Assembly (NCBI GenBank): GCA_018882585.1
Contig: VFFB01000002.1
Coordinates: forward strand, 4,634-68,633
Source of the DNA: Candidatus Kapaibacterium sp.
GTDB taxonomy: Bacteria > Bacteroidota > Ignavibacteria > Kapaibacteriales > Kapaibacteriaceae
Direction: 5' to 3'
Length of the DNA: 64,000 bases
In this document: piece after piece, positions 59,400 through 64,000 of the stretch
Numbering within the stretch: the stretch's first letter is position 1
Layout: each line of letters begins with the position of its first letter
Notes under the pieces: model-generated
The model's database searches: none
What the model saw: only the letters and a program-made list of their open reading frames with translations
Told to the model about the DNA's origin: nothing
Position numbers and translations under genes: made by a program

Positions 59400-59489
59400 G
59401 CAACGCCCGATGCGGGAGCTCGCTGAAAAGCGGGCTCCCACATCACTCGCAATCGAAAACACAACAATGTTGTAAACCTTGGAGTCATC

Positions 59490-61523
59490 ATGAAACGACA
59501 GGTATTAGTTGCCACGGCGCTTGTACTCTGTTCGATTGCGTTCGGTGCGATGGACGGTGTGGCGCAACAGATCTTCAATCAGTTCCGCCAACCCACCCTC
59601 GAAGTCGGTCGTCCGTACAACGACATCGACGTCTGCACCATTTCGCGGTTGAACAAGCAAGTGCTTGGCCCCGCTCAGTTCACGCTTCCGCCGACGAACG
59701 TGAATGATCTCGACGACGGTTATTCCTACATCGCATTCCCGCCGAACTTCCGCTTCAACTTCAACGGCATTGCACACCAGGGTATCTACGTCAGCGTGAA
59801 CGGCTTTGCCGTCTTCCCTGCGTCGACCGGTGCAACGAAGCTCGTTCCTGCTAAGCAGTCGGCTGGTTTGTTTACGAACTCAGCATCCTTCCCCGATAAC
59901 GTGCTTGCTCCGTTCTGGGGTGATCACCGCTATCGTGTTGCAGCCGATATTGCGCAAGGCTTCATGCCTTCCGAAATCTCCTACGTATTTGATGTTGACC
60001 GCGATGCAAACTGTGATACCATCCGCCCGGCGCGTCCTTGCTTGGTCATTCAGTGGAAGAACCTCAACATCAACGATCAGAGCGTAAACTCGAGCGTTGG
60101 TAACTTCCAGGTTCGTCTATATCTGGCGTCGGCGTCCGAGAATTTCCAGGGTAACATAGAGTTCGCTTACGGCCAAGTCGGCGGTAACCCCAACACCAGC
60201 AACTCCACTGTCGTTACTCGCGGTGCCACGGTTGGTATCAAGGGTGATGGCGGCTTCCCGAACGGTCCTTCTGACTTCTGGAATGGCCTTCGCTGGGCTC
60301 CGCAGACGGGTGCCAACTCGCGTACGGACAGCACGTCGATCTGGCAGCCTTCGGGCGGTCGTTCCGACGCTGTGATCCGCTTCACGGCAATTGTCCGCTT
60401 CACGTTCGACATGTGGGGTATGGGCGATGCCGATACCTCGAAGGGCTTCGGTCAGCGTCACAACGGCATGGAACAAAACCGTTACGTAACGGTCAATGAT
60501 GCTCGTACTATCATGCGTTCGATCGTCACGATGCGTCCGCTCGACTCTGTGTGGCGTCGCCAGGCTTATCAGGGCGACGTGAACCACACGGGCCGTTTCT
60601 ACTTCACGAAGCTCAACCGTGCATTCTCGGGTGACTCGATCGTCAATGGTTCGCTGGTCATCTGGCGCCGCACGATTGACGTAGACCAGTTCACGGGTAA
60701 GCTTGTACGCCGCGACCTTTACGAAGGTGACGGTCTGTATGGTGTTGGTGGCCGTGCTCCGGACGTCAGCAATCTTTCGCAGATCTACTACGAAGTCACA
60801 GAGTATGATGCAGCATTCATCATGCGCTATCTGTCGGCTCGTCTGCCCTACCTGCCTTGGGTTCGCGACGACATCACAACAGGTCCGAACTTTGGTAAGG
60901 CCGGCGAGATCAACGCGGCCAACAACGTAGACTTCGGCAAGCCTGTTGCAATCGGCAATGGCATGTACCGCATTCCGGTATACGTCAATGGTCTGGTCAA
61001 CGATGTGTTCGGTGTGCGTCTTGTCTCCGATGCAGCTATCGAAGGTGTAACACCTGTCAATGGCGAAACAGCCTCGGTCACGGTCGACAACAGCAGCAAC
61101 GTTGTTGTGATCACCGGTAACGGTTCGTTCGATCGTACGATGCCCGTTGCGTACGTCACGGTCAGCGCAGACGAAGCAGTCAACTTTACGCAGGTACGCT
61201 TCAATGAAGTCGAGCAGCGTGATGTTCGTGTGCAGGTTGTCACGAAGGATGCTGTGGAGACCGTTTCGGCCTTCCCGAATCCGACAACAGGCGCCTCGGC
61301 AATTGCTATCACGATGCCGAACGCAGGCACGGTTTCCGTCCGCGTGTTCGATACGTATGGCAACCTTGTCTCGACACTTTTTGATGGTAATGCTAACGCC
61401 GGTACACTCTCGCTCAACTGGAATGGTATGACGGAAGCTGGAAGCTTTGTTGCTCCTGGCGCCTATGCCATCCGTGTTGACGGTGATGTCAAGGCAACGC
61501 AAATGATCACGGTTGTTCGCTAA
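59490..61523 (+). CDS. Secreted protein of unknown function with a T9SS C-terminal sorting domain.
   Basis: Signal peptide MKRQVLVATALVLCSIAFGA. C-terminus 'AFPNPTTGASAIAITMPNAGTVSVRVFDTYGNLV...GAYAIRVDGDVKATQMITVVR'. Confidence 0.75.
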   Translation: MKRQVLVATALVLCSIAFGAMDGVAQQIFNQFRQPTLEVGRPYNDIDVCTISRLNKQVLGPAQFTLPPTNVNDLDDGYSYIAFPPNFRFNFNGIAHQGIYVSVNGFAVFPASTGATKLVPAKQSAGLFTNSASFPDNVLAPFWGDHRYRVAADIAQGFMPSEISYVFDVDRDANCDTIRPARPCLVIQWKNLNINDQSVNSSVGNFQVRLYLASASENFQGNIEFAYGQVGGNPNTSNSTVVTRGATVGIKGDGGFPNGPSDFWNGLRWAPQTGANSRTDSTSIWQPSGGRSDAVIRFTAIVRFTFDMWGMGDADTSKGFGQRHNGMEQNRYVTVNDARTIMRSIVTMRPLDSVWRRQAYQGDVNHTGRFYFTKLNRAFSGDSIVNGSLVIWRRTIDVDQFTGKLVRRDLYEGDGLYGVGGRAPDVSNLSQIYYEVTEYDAAFIMRYLSARLPYLPWVRDDITTGPNFGKAGEINAANNVDFGKPVAIGNGMYRIPVYVNGLVNDVFGVRLVSDAAIEGVTPVNGETASVTVDNSSNVVVITGNGSFDRTMPVAYVTVSADEAVNFTQVRFNEVEQRDVRVQVVTKDAVETVSAFPNPTTGASAIAITMPNAGTVSVRVFDTYGNLVSTLFDGNANAGTLSLNWNGMTEAGSFVAPGAYAIRVDGDVKATQMITVVR

Positions 61524-61541
61524 GCGAACGGCCATACGACA

Positions 61542-62690
61542 ATGAAGAGGTATCTCATCCTGCTGGCCGTCTTAGCGGCGGCCAGCAGGTGGACCTCGGT
61601 GGCAACGGCAGACGATACGCTTAGGATTCGGTCTCTCCGAACTATCGATGTCTGCGGATCCGAAAAGAGTGCTCTCCTCTCGATCGATCTTGGAGAGATC
61701 TACTTTGCGGACAGTCTCATGTCCTTTGACATCACGCTTTCGTACGACACGACGTACCTGATACCGGGAACACTATTGTCGAATGGAACACTGTCGGCAC
61801 AGCTGTCATGGATGGATGGACCGATCATGAATGCGGTCGTTCCAGGTGAGCTTCGAATTTTTGGAGCTTCGATCATGACGCCGGCAAAGGGTGCACTACC
61901 ACTCGTGGCATTCACTGCGGATGCAAAACGTTTGGTCTGTGGAATCGAAACGCCGATCACGTTGGTATACCCTGCGGACTTCAATCCAGAGTTTCGCAGA
62001 TCATTCTCAACGTGGAAAGCAGACACCGTTCGCTTTGTTGCACGGCAACGAGATCAGGCAGGTCTTGGAATCTCGATAGAACAAGATCGAGTGAAACTGG
62101 ACAGTCTAGGTGGAACGGTTTCAATTCCGATGCAGATCACGACAGCACCCAAAGACAATCAATACTATGAATTGGTAGTGGTAAGGGGCAGTGGTTCAGC
62201 TTTCGGGATCGATAGTTTGATCGTCCAAGGTATTGCGACGGACATGACCGCGGCTACCGACACGATAGTGGTTTCGCTTCCCGGAAATGATTCCGTCATG
62301 ACGGGGAAGATTGTTCTTCGGCAACTTGCAAATGACAGTACAGTGGGCACACTGAACATGTCGATCAGAACCGCAGCTTGTGCTTGTGTCAGGCCAACAA
62401 AGACAGACGCGATAACGGTTGAAACAACAAGGGCTGCAACGTCGAATGTGTCGGATAAGGATATTGATGATGATCCTGCAATCATTGTGGCAAACGGTTT
62501 GCTACAGATACAGGGTGACCATGAGTATCCAACAGACGTGGACGTGTACGATGTTTACGGGCGCATGATAGAACATGTGCGTTTTGAACATCCGAATCAG
62601 ATGCGTCGATTGACGACACTCCTGCCTGGGCCGGTTATCCTAGTGATAACAACGGGCGGTCGAACAAAGCGTGAAATGCAATGGAATTAA
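61542..62690 (+). CDS. Secreted protein of unknown function, with a possible divergent T9SS-type C-terminal domain.
   Basis: Signal peptide MKRYLILLAVLAAASRW. The C-terminal beta-sandwich-like tail '...VDVYDVYGRMIEHVRF...PGPVILVITTGGRTKREMQWN' ends in basic residues. Confidence 0.55.
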   Translation: MKRYLILLAVLAAASRWTSVATADDTLRIRSLRTIDVCGSEKSALLSIDLGEIYFADSLMSFDITLSYDTTYLIPGTLLSNGTLSAQLSWMDGPIMNAVVPGELRIFGASIMTPAKGALPLVAFTADAKRLVCGIETPITLVYPADFNPEFRRSFSTWKADTVRFVARQRDQAGLGISIEQDRVKLDSLGGTVSIPMQITTAPKDNQYYELVVVRGSGSAFGIDSLIVQGIATDMTAATDTIVVSLPGNDSVMTGKIVLRQLANDSTVGTLNMSIRTAACACVRPTKTDAITVETTRAATSNVSDKDIDDDPAIIVANGLLQIQGDHEYPTDVDVYDVYGRMIEHVRFEHPNQMRRLTTLLPGPVILVITTGGRTKREMQWN

Positions 62691-62720
62691 TCAGCTAATC
62701 ATCTCATCAGAGGAGATCGT

Positions 62721-64000
62721 ATGAATCGTCGATATGCTCTCTGGGGACGCAGCGCAAAGCTTGGCGTTACGCTCCTGATGGCCGTATTGACCGTGGTGGG
62801 TACGCAGCGGGCGTACGCACAGGCGGACAAGCCGGAACTCCCGACACTCAGCCTTACGGGTCTGGGCGCGGGATGGAATCAAACATATTACCCTGATGGC
62901 CGCATCTGGGTGCCGCCGTCCGGTAATAACGGTCAGCGTGAACTTCTTGTGCCAGTGTTCATCAAGAACTGCTGGCGCACGACATCAACGTATGAAGCGT
63001 TTCCGATCTACAGCTTCAAGATCAAGATGCAGTACGACTCGACTGCTCTTGAGTACGTTGGCGTGGAAAAGAATGGTCCGCCGCGTGGCGCGCAGGGCAC
63101 TCCCCTGTCATGCCTCGCTAAGGACTTTGAGTTTTCTTCGTCTGTTTCACGTGACCTCACCTATCAAAGCGTCATCAACGCTTCGCCGGTAAACCGTCAG
63201 CGCGGCAAGCGCGTGCTGATCACGGGTATCTCGGCAAAGTCGCTGCCGCAAACGGGTGACGTGAATTCGCCTTGCGATCAGCGCCCGTTCGTTGAACTCT
63301 TCTACGTCCGCTTCAAGGTTGTTTCGAACCCTGCAGTTGACCGTGTGAGTGCTCGTACGCCGGTCATCCTCACGAATGACACATTGTTCTACAACGACTT
63401 CCAAGTCGGTAAGGAACTTGTGTTCCCGGGTGATCCGGTTCCCTCGACGTATGCCGGTCTTGGTGGCGTCGACAACTACTACATCGATCCCGTGTCGGGC
63501 GATACGCTCAACCGTGATCCGCTCCGTCCGTCGCGCCCTGGTATGATCTGGGTCGAAGTCACGGACAACATTCCGGAACTCGGCTTTAGCCGTGACCCCA
63601 ACTCGCCTGTTGTTCGCGTAACACCGAACACGGAAAACTCGGCTTGGTACCTTGTCAATCCGATCACGATTGACTCAGGTTCAACCTTCGAGAACGCAGT
63701 TGATGGTCTTGGTACGCGCGACGTCAACGTTGTGAACCTTCAGCCGCGTACACGTATGACGGACGTGCTTGTGCAGTCCGATCAGCCGTGGCTGTTCTTC
63801 GCATCGTTCACGCAAGGTGGTCAAGGCGAAGTTAACCCGTTCCCGCAACCGGTTCGCGAAGGCGTGATTCCTGTGCTTGACTTCGCTATCCTTGGTACCG
63901 AAGACGGTCGTACACCACTTGGTGACGCAACCGTGCAGGCTCGCGACATGAACATGCGTATCATCTGCGATCCCACGAAGCTTCCTATCGGTGAGGGCGG
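62721..64000 (+). CDS. Secreted protein of unknown function. It is 5' complete and runs off the right window edge, so it is absent from the ORF track.
   Basis: RBS AGGAGA, then ATG at 62721. Manual translation gives MNRRYALWGRSAKLGVTLLMAVLTVVGTQRAYAQA... (signal peptide). The frame stays open for over 426 codons to the window end. Confidence 0.6.
   Translation, partial: MNRRYALWGRSAKLGVTLLMAVLTVVGTQRAYAQADKPELPTLSLTGLGAGWNQTYYPDGRIWVPPSGNNGQRELLVPVFIKNCWRTTSTYEAFPIYSFKIKMQYDSTALEYVGVEKNGPPRGAQGTPLSCLAKDFEFSSSVSRDLTYQSVINASPVNRQRGKRVLITGISAKSLPQTGDVNSPCDQRPFVELFYVRFKVVSNPAVDRVSARTPVILTNDTLFYNDFQVGKELVFPGDPVPSTYAGLGGVDNYYIDPVSGDTLNRDPLRPSRPGMIWVEVTDNIPELGFSRDPNSPVVRVTPNTENSAWYLVNPITIDSGSTFENAVDGLGTRDVNVVNLQPRTRMTDVLVQSDQPWLFFASFTQGGQGEVNPFPQPVREGVIPVLDFAILGTEDGRTPLGDATVQARDMNMRIICDPTKLPIGEG

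Noticed and set aside
60117-61535. 472-aa minus-strand ORF antisense to the 59490..61523 T9SS gene.
   Set aside because: The sense-strand gene has a signal peptide and a T9SS CTD. The antisense frame is Arg-rich with no motifs.
1-64000. CRISPR arrays, tRNA/rRNA genes, IS elements, integrases and prophage genes.
   Set aside because: I scanned the intergenic regions and repeats by eye. I found no regularly spaced direct repeats, no tRNA-like T-arm or acceptor signatures, and no transposase- or integrase-like proteins. A tRNAscan or Infernal run would be needed to exclude small RNAs fully.

Overview
GC-rich 64 kb chromosomal window that is densely coded, with about 50 genes plus a partial gene at each edge. 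By established family knowledge, the repeated 'NPxxG...VxxxxR/K' C-terminal sorting domains imply a type IX secretion (T9SS)-bearing bacterium of the FCB superphylum (Bacteroidota/Chlorobi/Ignavibacteria-like). Strong Shine-Dalgarno motifs before several genes argue against classical Bacteroidia.

Housekeeping genes are clearly recognisable:
- ispD, mnmE, mnmG, serS, gatB, ilvE, rarA, birA, coaX and iaaA
- a fused 2-oxoacid dehydrogenase E1 alpha/beta
- M16 and M42 peptidases and a GT2 glycosyltransferase

The accessory-like content is mostly cell-envelope and secreted:
- a 2323-aa polymorphic-membrane-protein (Pmp, 'FxxN...GGA[IVL]') repeat giant with a T9SS C-terminal domain
- a tandem run of three further secreted or T9SS genes after it, extending to the right edge
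- an Ig-domain T9SS protein and an arylsulfotransferase-like T9SS protein
- a 1065-aa orphan secreted protein followed by a small T9SS protein
- a tight four-gene operon (OMP beta-barrel, BamE-like lipoprotein, lipoprotein, periplasmic ankyrin-repeat protein)
- a 679-aa secreted protein carrying about 12 spaced 'hVD-x-GGND-x-Y' repeats that I cannot assign to a named family

Other notable points:
- An isobutyryl-CoA-mutase-fused (IcmF)-like mutase appears split into a B12-binding plus MeaB-GTPase gene and a catalytic-domain gene, separated by a DUF4397 lipoprotein gene. It lies within about 10 kb of ilvE and the E1 gene.
- An NYN-nuclease plus cold-shock-domain fusion is present.
- Paired 14-bp palindromes sit upstream of mnmG.
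- Several long intergenic regions carry hairpins or palindromes.

No rRNA, tRNA, CRISPR array, transposase, integrase or phage gene was recognised. Many long antisense ORFs in the supplied track are GC-driven artefacts and were rejected. All function calls rest on motif recognition by eye, without database searches.
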